Source: Enterobacter phage vB_EclS_CobraSix. From it: a stretch of DNA of 47,816 bases. The position numbers and the translations under genes were made by a program. Shown here piece after piece: positions 9,482-18,832 of this stretch; positions within the stretch are counted from its first letter, which is position 1, and the number at the start of each line of letters is the position of its first letter. The DNA lies in the sequence record NC_071003.1. One strand, 5' to 3'. The notes beneath the pieces are model-generated. The model was not told the DNA's origin and did not search any database. It saw only the letters and a list, made by a program, of their open reading frames with translations.

Positions 9482-9946
9482 ATGGGCATCAAAGTGAAGG
9501 GCATCAGCCAGGCGAAGAAGCACCTTAACGATGTCATCAACGACGTTAAGGGGCGCAAGGTAATCCGTGCCCTCCAGTCGGCGATGATGCTTATCGGCAC
9601 CCGGGCGGCCTATTACACTCCGATCGACAGCTCCACGCTGATTAACAGCCAGTTTCGGGAAATCGACGCTGGTGGCGTGCTCATTACAGGGCGCGTCGGT
9701 TACTCGGCCAACTATGCCGCGTACGTGCATGAAGCGTCAGGCAAACTGAAAGGTCAGCCGCGCGCGCACTTCGGTATAACCAGCAACCGATCTGAGTTCG
9801 GTCCGCAGAAACCGAAAGAGTTCGGCGGCGGCACCGGAAAGGGCAACTACTGGGATCCGCATGGTGAGCCGCAATTCCTGACCAAAGGCGCGAATGACGA
9901 GCGCGATAACGTTGATGCGGTGATGCGCAAGGAGCTTTCGCTATGA
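9482..9946 (+). CDS. HK97 gp10-family tail/head-tail adaptor protein (lambda gpZ position)
   Basis: 154 aa with a good SD. Confidence 0.55.
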   Translation: MGIKVKGISQAKKHLNDVINDVKGRKVIRALQSAMMLIGTRAAYYTPIDSSTLINSQFREIDAGGVLITGRVGYSANYAAYVHEASGKLKGQPRAHFGITSNRSEFGPQKPKEFGGGTGKGNYWDPHGEPQFLTKGANDERDNVDAVMRKELSL

Positions 9947-10326
9947 CACCCATGATGCACGAGCGGGTGCGCAACATGTTCGGCGACGCCGGGCTAACTA
10001 CCGGTTTCACGGTGCAGCAGTTGATGTACGACGACCCGGGCGACCTGTCGAAGGCGATCATGGTATTCAGGCCAAACGGCGGGTCGAACATCCGCACTGA
10101 CCTCGGTTCTGAGTATCACGTCCTGGTCGACGTTGTCGGCGCAAAGGACAAGCGCAAAGACGCGCTCAACGCCGTGCAGCGCATCGTCGATTACGTCCAG
10201 GCAAACCCCATGGCTGACGAGTGCGTCGGCTACATCCAGAACATGGGCGCAATTCCCGCGCCGGTGCTCACAGAAGAAGGGCGAATAGTCTTCCGACTCC
10301 AGTTCGCCTGCACTTACGGCGAATAG
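9943..10326 (+). CDS. Tail terminator-like protein (gpU position)
   Basis: 127 aa, overlapping the previous stop and directly upstream of the major tail gene. Confidence 0.45.
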   Translation: MTPMMHERVRNMFGDAGLTTGFTVQQLMYDDPGDLSKAIMVFRPNGGSNIRTDLGSEYHVLVDVVGAKDKRKDALNAVQRIVDYVQANPMADECVGYIQNMGAIPAPVLTEEGRIVFRLQFACTYGE

Positions 10327-10342
10327 CCATTCCCAACCAAAT

Positions 10343-10368
10343 AACCCGCTCCGGCGGGTTTTCTTTTA
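10343..10368 (+). terminator. Rho-independent terminator (family B copy)
   Basis: AACCCGCTCCGGCGGGTTTTCTTTT. Confidence 0.55.
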
Positions 10369-10389
10369 TACGTCAAAGAGGAGTTTCAC

Positions 10390-11133
10390 ATGGCTAATTG
10401 CCAGAACTCGAACGAGCGCCTGTTCGGCGGTGCGGTCGTGCTGGAAGTCGCCGATGGCTGCCCGGACGTCAAACCACTCGAAGGTGAGTGGATGGCGCTG
10501 GCCGCTGGTACGTCGAAGGGCTTCGACTTCAACCCTAACTCGGTTACCTCTGATGCGGATGACGGCGGCGGCTATGTCGAGACCATCATCACCAACAGTG
10601 ACTTCACGCTGAGCTTTGAAGGAGAGGTGCGCAAGAAGGATAAGCTGGATCAGTACGGTGTCGGCAAGTTCATCAAGTATTTCGCTGACGAGCTGAAGGC
10701 CAAGCGCCAGCCTGGTATCTGGGTGCGAATGGACTACGGCCCGGTCGAATTCATCGGCTACATGAACATCACGGCGCTGAGCTCTGACGGCGGCACCAAC
10801 GACATCGTCACGTTCTCGACTGAGTTCAAAGTCGGCGACGCGAGCACCATCGAAGTGAACGAACTGACCTCAGTAGCAGTGACTGGCGTGACGGTAACTC
10901 CGACAACCAGCACCGGCACGGCAGGCGGTACCAGCACCTTCACGGTGAACATCGCACCAACCGGCGCTACCAACAAAGACTTCACTGTAGCGACTACTGA
11001 TGCGACCAAAGCAACGGCCGCCGCCTCCGGCAACACCGTTACCGTGACGCGTGTCGCCACCGGCAGCGCGCAGATCATCATCAACACCGAAGACGGCAAC
11101 TTTGTAGCTGTGCATACGGTTACCGTTACGTAA
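10390..11133 (+). CDS. Major tail protein with C-terminal Ig-like (Big_2) domain (gpV-like)
   Basis: 247 aa. The C-terminal segment VTGVTVTPTTSTGTAGGTSTFTVNIAPTGATNKDFTVATTD...TVTVTRVATGSAQIIINTEDGN is a Big_2-type domain. Strong SD AGAGGAG. Confidence 0.75.
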   Translation: MANCQNSNERLFGGAVVLEVADGCPDVKPLEGEWMALAAGTSKGFDFNPNSVTSDADDGGGYVETIITNSDFTLSFEGEVRKKDKLDQYGVGKFIKYFADELKAKRQPGIWVRMDYGPVEFIGYMNITALSSDGGTNDIVTFSTEFKVGDASTIEVNELTSVAVTGVTVTPTTSTGTAGGTSTFTVNIAPTGATNKDFTVATTDATKATAAASGNTVTVTRVATGSAQIIINTEDGNFVAVHTVTVT

Positions 11134-11190
11134 CGGACATTCCAAAGGGCAGCATGCTGCCCTTGATAATGACCGTTTACTGGAAGGCCT

Positions 11191-11862
11191 ATGACCGCTT
11201 TAACCGATATTGGCGAACTCTCTATCAGCGACAGCCGCGAGGGCGGGAAAGATTACCTGCTGCGACCTTCATTCGAGGCAATGACGAGGATCGGCACTCC
11301 GGAAGAAATTGTGCAGGCATACGCCACCATCCACGGCAATGACGTCGCTCAGCTGATTGAGGTGTGCGCTGGAACGCTGGGGCGTTTTCCTGACTGGCTA
11401 TCTCCATCATTCAACCGCGCTGCTGAGAAGCTGTTATCAACGAGCATGCTGGTGCTGCAGGCATGCTGCGAGGAAGACCTGACGCCCATGATCGGCGAGT
11501 GGAAAGGGTGGCGGCATTGTGTCGTCTACCGTCCTGGCCAGATGCCGAAGAACGACATCATCGTGCTGGCGCAGCACCTCATGCAGCACGGCGTCGTCGG
11601 CAAAGCTAAGGTCCGTCAGTTGCAGCGCCACGAAACAGGTGAACGCACAACAGAGTTTAAAGCCTTCGACTACATCAGCGCGGCACGCAGTCACTTCGGC
11701 ATGAATCGCGCCGAAGCCGCCCAGTTAACGATGACCGAATTTCAGATGCTGCTGGCTGCGAAATACCCGGATCAGAAAGGCTTCACACGCGAAGAGTACG
11801 ACAGTATCGCCGACGAATACCTGGCTAAACAGGCCGCACGCAGGGCTAAAGCAAAGCAATAA
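11191..11862 (+). CDS. Tail assembly chaperone (G/GT position)
   Basis: 223 aa sitting between the major tail and tape-measure genes. Confidence 0.5.
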   Translation: MTALTDIGELSISDSREGGKDYLLRPSFEAMTRIGTPEEIVQAYATIHGNDVAQLIEVCAGTLGRFPDWLSPSFNRAAEKLLSTSMLVLQACCEEDLTPMIGEWKGWRHCVVYRPGQMPKNDIIVLAQHLMQHGVVGKAKVRQLQRHETGERTTEFKAFDYISAARSHFGMNRAEAAQLTMTEFQMLLAAKYPDQKGFTREEYDSIADEYLAKQAARRAKAKQ

Positions 11863-11874
11863 CCGGAGAATGAC

Positions 11875-14800
11875 ATGGCAGGTGAGAAAGACGCCGGTAG
11901 CATCGTCTATACAGTAAGCGCTGATATAGCTCCATTACTTCAGGCTGGCCGACAAGCCATTGAGTCGCTTGACGGAATGGGTGATGGCGCAGGTAAAGCC
12001 GCCGATAACTTTTCCGGGCTTGAAAAATCTGCTGATAAATCTGGCAAGTCGATCGCAAGGGCTGCGGATGACGCGAGCAATGCAGCCAAAATCATGGAGC
12101 GGCTTGGTAACGAAATAGCAGTTCTTGAAGAGGCAAATAAAAATGGTGCCCGCAGCGCTGCCGCCCTCGCAGCTCAAATTGCAGCGTCAGGTGATGCGTC
12201 AGAGGCGCAGAACAGGGAGATTGGAAACCTTGCGGTAAAGCTTTTTGACGTAAAGCAGGCAGCCATCGATGCAGCAAAGGCGAATAGTGATAGTGCTGCT
12301 GCTTTCAGAGCATCAGAATCGGCGATCTCATCCCTTGAAGGTGAGTTGTCCGTCCTTAATGCTGAGATGATTGAGGGATCTCGAAGCGCCGCTATTCTGT
12401 CTGCCCAAATGAAAGCGGGGAATGGGGCAACTGACGAGCAAAAGGCGCGAATTTCTCAACTTGCCGGCCAGTTGTATGACCTCAAATCTGCTCAAAATGC
12501 GTCAGCAAAAGCATCGTCTGAAGCAGCGAAGCAGGCTGCACAGCAGGCCAATGACGCGGCAAGATTGCGCTCAATTTCTCTGAGCCTTACGCAGCAGATC
12601 GCTGTTCTCAATGAAGAGCAGAAGAATGGCGCGAGAAGTGCGGCAATGTTATCTGCCAGGCTCCAGGCTGGTTCATCTGCTACTGCGGCTCAAAGAAAAG
12701 AAATTGGCGAGCTTGCCGGGAAATTATACGACCTCAAGCAAGCGCAAAATCAGACAGCAAAATCTTCTGTCGGATTAAAGACAGGACTGTCTGCAATAGC
12801 TTCCGCGATCGCCGTATCCCAGGTAGTTGATTATGGTAAGCGCTTCCTTGAAGCGGCTGACGCCATGTCTCAAATGCAGGCCAGGATCGAGAGGTTAACC
12901 GGCAGCGCCGCGGCCGCCACCCAGACAATGCAGGGCTTAATGCGCATAAGCTCGGCAACGGGTGGTTCGCTACAGGATACAGCAAAGCTGTGGGAGACTC
13001 TCAGCACGGCGTTGCGTGATACTGGAGCGACTAACGGCCAGATCATCCAGCTCACCGAAACACTTCAGAAAATCGGTCGCATTGGCGGATCTTCGACAGA
13101 AGAAATGGCGAATGCTCTTCGTCAGTTCGGTCAGTCGATATCCTCGGGCACTATCCGGGCTGAGGAATTCAACTCCATCCTTGAACAAATGCCTGAACTG
13201 GCGCGTCAGATTGCTGCTGGGATGGGTGTAAGTATTGGAGAGCTTCGCCAGCTGATGCTGGATGGAAAGCTGACTGCTGAAGACGCACTGAACGCCATCC
13301 AGAAACAAACCGGCTCAGTAAATTCAGAGTTCGAAAAACTTCCCCGTACTCTGGCTCAAGCCAATAACGCTTTGACTAACTCATTCCTGTCGATGATTGA
13401 CTCTGTTAACCAGGCGACAGGCGCAAGCACAGGACTGGTTGCGGTTATCGACTCGATGACGGCAGCGCTCGACAGGCTGGTTGGTAAAGCTGCGTCGGCA
13501 GATGCTCAGATATCGGATCTGAACAGCACCGCTGAAATGTTTACCCGCCGCGCGCGCACCTGGTCATGGCTTGGGCTTGATGGCTGGGAGGCGCAAAACA
13601 AAGCGCTGGCCGGGCTGAGTAATAAAGCCGCCATGCTGGTTGGCGACCTGGCCGCTGTTTCCAAAGCGTCGCAGACCGCGGCTAACACAAAGCCGATCGA
13701 GATTAAAACTACCGCCTCAGCTACAGGCAGCAAAGCGAAAGGCGGAAAGTCTGCGGCACAGAAAGAAGCTGAGCAATACGCCAAAGCTCAAGAAACTGTT
13801 AATCAAAAGCTGGATGAACTGAGGCAGAAGGCCGAGCTGTCAGCTGGCAGTGTCGGTGAACTGTCGAGAGCGCAGGCCGTGCTTAATGCGCAACAGTCTC
13901 TCGGTAACACAGCCACGCAGGAACAACTTCTGCTGGCCGGTCAACTGGCAGGAAAAGCCTGGGACAATGCCAACGCATTGCGTGAGCAGGCCAAGGCTGA
14001 ACGGGAGCGCACAGACGCGTCCAATAAGTTCAGCGCAATCCAGGGTAAAACCAGCAAAACCGCAGGTCTGGATAGCCAGTATCAGAAAGACATTGCTGAC
14101 ATCCAGCTTTACGCCCAGCTTTACCCGCAAAAAATCGGAGAGGCCGAAGCCGCGCGTGCGGCTATTGAACAGCAGTATCGTGATCAGCGTAACGCTGCAA
14201 TGTGGGAAGAATGGGCGCAACAGAACGCGGCCACTCAGGCAGCGGCGGCGGCTTTCGACTCTCTTGGTTCGGTGGCCAGCAATGCGCTGACTGGCATTGT
14301 CACCGGAAGTATGTCGGCCAGCGATGCTATGCGCAGCATCGGCATGACCGTGCTGAACAGCGTTGTTAACTCGTTCGTTCAGATGGGCATTGAGTGGGTT
14401 AAGTCGGCCATTATGGGCCAGACGGCCACTACCGCGGCGGTTGCAGCATCCACCACCGCACAGGTGGCAGGCATCGCAACCACGACGGCGACATCTACCG
14501 CGGCGGCGGCGGCCACAACGGCAGCATGGACTCCGGCGGCCATCATGTCGTCCGTGGCTTCATTCGGTGGTGCGGTGGCTATTGGTCTTGGCGCGATGGC
14601 TGGCATCCTGGCACTGTCAGGAAAGCGTAAAAACGGCGGCCCTGTATCGGCTGGTGGGATGTATCAGGTCGGCGAAGGTGGCATGCCTGAGATTTACCAG
14701 GCCAGTACCGGTAAGCAGTACATGATACCGGGCGACAATGGCAGGGTGATCAGCAATAAAGAAATGACTGCTGGTGGAGGTGGAGGGGTGGTAATCAACA

Positions 14801-14964
14801 TCCAGAACTACACGTCATCCTCGGTCGATGCTCAGGCCGGTACGGATGCTAATGGCGGAGTGACTGTGGATGTAATTGTCGCTGACCTAAACAACGGCGG
14901 GCCAATCAGTAACGCCATCACAAGCAACATGAACGTTAAACGCACGCCGAGGGGACAGAGCTGA
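11875..14964 (+). CDS. Tail tape measure protein
   Basis: 1029 aa, Ala/Gln-rich coiled coil, with three tandem ~58-aa repeats near the N-terminus, a C-terminal hydrophobic glycine-rich segment, and a conserved lambdoid tail-module position. Confidence 0.9.
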   Translation: MAGEKDAGSIVYTVSADIAPLLQAGRQAIESLDGMGDGAGKAADNFSGLEKSADKSGKSIARAADDASNAAKIMERLGNEIAVLEEANKNGARSAAALAAQIAASGDASEAQNREIGNLAVKLFDVKQAAIDAAKANSDSAAAFRASESAISSLEGELSVLNAEMIEGSRSAAILSAQMKAGNGATDEQKARISQLAGQLYDLKSAQNASAKASSEAAKQAAQQANDAARLRSISLSLTQQIAVLNEEQKNGARSAAMLSARLQAGSSATAAQRKEIGELAGKLYDLKQAQNQTAKSSVGLKTGLSAIASAIAVSQVVDYGKRFLEAADAMSQMQARIERLTGSAAAATQTMQGLMRISSATGGSLQDTAKLWETLSTALRDTGATNGQIIQLTETLQKIGRIGGSSTEEMANALRQFGQSISSGTIRAEEFNSILEQMPELARQIAAGMGVSIGELRQLMLDGKLTAEDALNAIQKQTGSVNSEFEKLPRTLAQANNALTNSFLSMIDSVNQATGASTGLVAVIDSMTAALDRLVGKAASADAQISDLNSTAEMFTRRARTWSWLGLDGWEAQNKALAGLSNKAAMLVGDLAAVSKASQTAANTKPIEIKTTASATGSKAKGGKSAAQKEAEQYAKAQETVNQKLDELRQKAELSAGSVGELSRAQAVLNAQQSLGNTATQEQLLLAGQLAGKAWDNANALREQAKAERERTDASNKFSAIQGKTSKTAGLDSQYQKDIADIQLYAQLYPQKIGEAEAARAAIEQQYRDQRNAAMWEEWAQQNAATQAAAAAFDSLGSVASNALTGIVTGSMSASDAMRSIGMTVLNSVVNSFVQMGIEWVKSAIMGQTATTAAVAASTTAQVAGIATTTATSTAAAAATTAAWTPAAIMSSVASFGGAVAIGLGAMAGILALSGKRKNGGPVSAGGMYQVGEGGMPEIYQASTGKQYMIPGDNGRVISNKEMTAGGGGGVVINIQNYTSSSVDAQAGTDANGGVTVDVIVADLNNGGPISNAITSNMNVKRTPRGQS

Positions 14965-15461
14965 TGCCAATTATCGACTATCCCGACTGGCTGCCGCTGG
15001 CGCAGAAGGCCAGCAAAAACATGACGCTCGATACCGGGTTCCAGACCGATCAGCCAGCGGTCGGCCCGGCTATCTTCCAGAACCTTACCGACGACCTGAA
15101 AGTGACCTGGTCCCTGACGTGGATTTTCACCCTGGCTGAGGAACGAGCATTCCAGCAGTGGCTACGCAGCCCAAACTATCTCAACCGGGGCCTGAACTGG
15201 TTCAGGATGAACATCAATCTGGGCGGTAGTGGACTGCAACTCCAGGAGCTTCATTTCACCCAGATGCCGGTGCAAACCAGTATCGACGGCGGGGTGGTGA
15301 CCTGGACGGGAACCGTTATTGCCAACCACCTGTACAATGCCGATGACGAGTTTGACGACGCAATTGTTGAGTTGCCGCCGCCATGGCCTTCAGTGTTGGA
15401 TATCGTTGTCACTGGTTATCCGGACAACAGGGACCCAGAATCACTACCGAGGGTGCCTTAA
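14964..15461 (+). CDS. Minor tail protein (gpM position)
   Basis: 165 aa, ATGA-coupled to the tape measure stop. Confidence 0.5.
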   Translation: MPIIDYPDWLPLAQKASKNMTLDTGFQTDQPAVGPAIFQNLTDDLKVTWSLTWIFTLAEERAFQQWLRSPNYLNRGLNWFRMNINLGGSGLQLQELHFTQMPVQTSIDGGVVTWTGTVIANHLYNADDEFDDAIVELPPPWPSVLDIVVTGYPDNRDPESLPRVP

Positions 15462-15931
15462 TGCCGAGCTTCAGGGAATACAAGCAGCAGCGCCCGACAC
15501 GAGGCCTTTACGACACTATCACGTTCTACCATCCATCATTTGGCTACGTCCGCCTTGTCGATAAGCAGTTCTTCCCGAAGACGCTTGGCGGCCAGACGTT
15601 CACGCCAGCGCGCTTTGAAATCGAAGAGAGTCAGCAGAGCGGTACTCCGGTGATCGACGCGACGGTGAAGTTAGGGCGGCTGTCGTCGGACATCAAAGCT
15701 CTGATGAAGCAGTGGAAGGGGGCTGCCCGGCTAACGGCCATCACAGCCACTAGGCAGATCTTCGACAGCGGCGACGTGTCTGTGCCGATTAAGTCCTGGC
15801 AGCTTTACGTCAAGACGGTGGACATCGACGCCGACGCCGCATCGGTCACTCTGTCTGTCACCAACCCGCTGAACAACAACATCGGAAGGCTCTATGACCC
15901 AACGGAATACACTGGCCTTCAGTACCTCTGA
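15461..15931 (+). CDS. Minor tail protein (gpL position)
   Basis: 156 aa, starting at ATG 15461, which overlaps the upstream stop. Confidence 0.5.
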   Translation: MPSFREYKQQRPTRGLYDTITFYHPSFGYVRLVDKQFFPKTLGGQTFTPARFEIEESQQSGTPVIDATVKLGRLSSDIKALMKQWKGAARLTAITATRQIFDSGDVSVPIKSWQLYVKTVDIDADAASVTLSVTNPLNNNIGRLYDPTEYTGLQYL

Positions 15932-16310
15932 TTTTATCAGCAGGATGATCGGCGTGCCGTGGGCTAACCGGGCCTGTTCGTTCGAAAAGGTGGATTGCTG
16001 GGGGCTGGTGGTGCTGTATTACCGGCACGTTCTCGGTATAGAGCTGCACCAGACACCGGACTACGAAGCCGGTGAGGACTTCTTCACCTGCTATCAGGGT
16101 GACGTCGTCTTCTGGCGCCAGGTCGATAAACCGATCGAAGGCGGGATATTCGTCGGGTACCGAGGCGCGCAACCGGCGCATGTTGGCCTGGTGCTGAACC
16201 GAAAAGCCATTCATGCACGCGGGGAAAACGGAAGCGTGAAAGAGGATTCATTGCTGGTCATTCAGCGGGCATTCACCAAAGTGGAGTTTTTCGAATATGG
16301 CGCTGGTTGA
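15894..16310 (+). CDS. Tail assembly protein, NlpC/P60 (C40) peptidase family (gpK-like)
   Basis: Conserved Cys in ...EKVDCWGLVVLYY... and His in ...AHVGLVL... Confidence 0.6.
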   Translation: MTQRNTLAFSTSDFISRMIGVPWANRACSFEKVDCWGLVVLYYRHVLGIELHQTPDYEAGEDFFTCYQGDVVFWRQVDKPIEGGIFVGYRGAQPAHVGLVLNRKAIHARGENGSVKEDSLLVIQRAFTKVEFFEYGAG

Positions 16311-18774
16311 GATATCGAATTTTCCAGGAACGCCTAAGCTGCGTTGCAGGGTGCCAAACGGCACCCTTTTTTATTACTGGCTGGTGGCCAATGACGCTAC
16401 CTTTCACCGCGATCTGCTGATCGTCCGCAACGGCGTAAAGCTGGGTGACGATGATGAGCTGGCGTTTGAGCTGAGCGAGCTGGACCACATCCAGTTATTC
16501 GACCAGCCAAAGGGCATTGTCGGCGACATCCTGAGCCCGATCTTTAAAGTGGTTGGCCAGGTATTTTCGTTCCTGGCGCCAAAGCCCGCTATAGCAAACA
16601 ACGGCGGTAATACCGTCGACTCGCCCAACAATAGCCTGACCGGTCAGACAAATACCGCTCGCGTTTACAAGGCAAAGCCGGACATTTACGGGCAGATTCG
16701 TTCGTTCCCGGATCTGATTCAGGAGTCGGTATTCGAATACGTACACCAAACTTCCACAGACGGCGGCCTGAAGTACGTCACTGAATGGATGTGCATCGGG
16801 ATCGGCAAATACGATTACGAGTCTGTGCGCTACTCAGAATCAAGCTTGGGCTCTCTTGCAGGCGCTGAATTTCAGTTCTTCCAGCCTGGCGAAGTAATCC
16901 CGCAGATCGTCGAAGGCTACGGGTTCGATGACGTTGACGGTCAGGAGGTCCCCGGGCAGAACGAAGCCAGCGACTTCCCTATCGAAACAGCAACGGCAAA
17001 CACGGTGGTCAGCGGAACGTATTCCGGCGGACAGATAGCGATGAAAATCGTGAAACAAGCTGAGTTCGATTACTTTATGGGCCTGGTGCTGCCGCACGCT
17101 GTGACTTTTACCATCAACGTTACGTACAACACAGCATCAGGCAGCGTCACCACTGACGCAAATTTCTCCGGCACGTTGATTTCCGCCGTTGAAACAAACG
17201 ATGGCGCTGTGGTTAACCCGGTGCGCTGGTACACGTTTACGATGAACCAGCTGGAGGGGCCGCAGGATATTCCGGCGAATGCCACGATCAACACCACGAA
17301 ATTCATCCTTAACGATAACGAGGCGCTGGTGGTTGGGCCGTTCTTTTCCCCGGTCGAGTCAACGCAGCTGTGGCTGCATACTCAGTCCAGCCTCGGCGGG
17401 AAGAAAGAGACCAACTGGAAGGTTGTCATCTGGAAAATCGACGACGACTACAACCAGGTGCCGGGAACGCAGCAGACGTTTACGTACCGGCAGACGACGC
17501 CGCACCAGTCGACGAGTGAGGTATTTTATCGCACTGACAAGATCACACCGACGGGCGGCTTCGGGAAGTACGCGGTCAGCTTCCAGCGCACGGACAACTC
17601 TGGCGACGCGTCACTTCTGAAGGTCGAAGAGATCCACAGCATTAACATCCGTACGAATGTCGTCCACCCGACCGACACGCTGGTGCGCGTAAAAGTCAGG
17701 GCGACAGAGAATGCCCTGGGCAGCCGTGAGCGCAAATATAACGCCCTGGTGACGCGCCACACCATCACTTACGACCTGGACACGCAGGCAGTGGATTACA
17801 CACTGCGGCCGTCGCGATCGTTCGCTGATGCGGTTGCGCATACCTGGCTGATTATGGGCGAGCAGCCGGTAAGCAGCATTGACCTGTACGGGCTGTATTC
17901 GATCGCTGAAAGCCTTCCTGATGAGCGACTGGGTTACTTCGACTATACGTTCGACGACGAGAACGACTCACTGGGCGACCGGGTGCAGGCGATCTGCAAT
18001 GCGGCATCTGTTGTGGCGTACTGGGATGACGGCGTACTGACATTTACCCGTGATCAGAAAGTTGACTACCCGGCGGCCGTATTCAACCGGGCCAACATGA
18101 AGACGGACGAGTACAAAATGACGTACGAGGCCACGCTTCCTGGCGGCTACGACGGCGTACAGGTGTCCTACGTCCACCCGACCACGAACAATAAGACGTA
18201 CATCAACTACCGCGTGCTGAACGGCGCCATCGTCGAGCAGGAAGCGGAAAACCCGAACAAGCTGGAGATAGTCGGCTTCCGTAACGAGTATCAGGCCCGG
18301 GAGCGCGCATTACGCGAAACCAAACGCCTGATCTACTCGCGCGTGAAGATGAACGCCAAAGTGTTTGAGGACGGCATTATTCAGGTCGGTAGCGTCATCC
18401 AGATGCCAGACATCTACGACAGCAACCAGCAGGGTGGTTACGTCACCGGCCGCTCCGGGAATGACTTCGATACCAGCGAGCCGATCACGTTTACCGGCTC
18501 GATGTATGTGCTGGTGACCGACAGTCTGGGCAATCCGACACTGCGCTATCCGGCGACTGCACGCAGCGACACGAAGTACGGTTTCACCGCGGCGATACCC
18601 GACATTCAGCTCAATATCTGGAACGGAGACACTGTGCAACTCCCGTCGCGCTATCTCATTGCGACAGTGGATGAGTTGGACAGTCAGCTATGGACGGTCA
18701 ACAGCATCAAACCGAACACAGATAACACGGTATCTCTGACCGTCGCAGAATACAGCGACGCCATCTACCAATAA
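16297..18774 (+). CDS. Tail tip / host-specificity protein
   Basis: 825-aa large distal tail protein following the K-like gene. Confidence 0.6.
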   Translation: MALVEISNFPGTPKLRCRVPNGTLFYYWLVANDATFHRDLLIVRNGVKLGDDDELAFELSELDHIQLFDQPKGIVGDILSPIFKVVGQVFSFLAPKPAIANNGGNTVDSPNNSLTGQTNTARVYKAKPDIYGQIRSFPDLIQESVFEYVHQTSTDGGLKYVTEWMCIGIGKYDYESVRYSESSLGSLAGAEFQFFQPGEVIPQIVEGYGFDDVDGQEVPGQNEASDFPIETATANTVVSGTYSGGQIAMKIVKQAEFDYFMGLVLPHAVTFTINVTYNTASGSVTTDANFSGTLISAVETNDGAVVNPVRWYTFTMNQLEGPQDIPANATINTTKFILNDNEALVVGPFFSPVESTQLWLHTQSSLGGKKETNWKVVIWKIDDDYNQVPGTQQTFTYRQTTPHQSTSEVFYRTDKITPTGGFGKYAVSFQRTDNSGDASLLKVEEIHSINIRTNVVHPTDTLVRVKVRATENALGSRERKYNALVTRHTITYDLDTQAVDYTLRPSRSFADAVAHTWLIMGEQPVSSIDLYGLYSIAESLPDERLGYFDYTFDDENDSLGDRVQAICNAASVVAYWDDGVLTFTRDQKVDYPAAVFNRANMKTDEYKMTYEATLPGGYDGVQVSYVHPTTNNKTYINYRVLNGAIVEQEAENPNKLEIVGFRNEYQARERALRETKRLIYSRVKMNAKVFEDGIIQVGSVIQMPDIYDSNQQGGYVTGRSGNDFDTSEPITFTGSMYVLVTDSLGNPTLRYPATARSDTKYGFTAAIPDIQLNIWNGDTVQLPSRYLIATVDELDSQLWTVNSIKPNTDNTVSLTVAEYSDAIYQ

Positions 18775-18796
18775 GAACCGTCCCCGACCAACCATA

Positions 18797-18821
18797 CCCG
18801 GCCACCGCGCCGGGTTTTTTT
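18797..18821 (+). terminator. Rho-independent terminator
   Basis: CCCGGCCACCGCGCCGGG + TTTTTTTAT. Confidence 0.6.
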
Positions 18822-18832
18822 ATGGAATCAAT

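Noticed and set aside
11245-11251. GGGAAAG slippery heptamer in the tail chaperone gene, suggesting a lambda G/GT-type -1 frameshift
   Set aside because: It lies only 17 codons into the 223-aa ORF. The frame from which a -1 shift would enter has stops at 11192 and 11201 and no usable upstream ORF, so it is a coincidental occurrence.
12734-14725. Multiple antisense or alternate-frame ORFs inside the tape measure gene (for example 13840-14220 minus, 14363-14725 plus)
   Set aside because: Low-complexity Arg/Pro/Ala-rich products typical of a GC-rich repetitive coding strand. No SDs.
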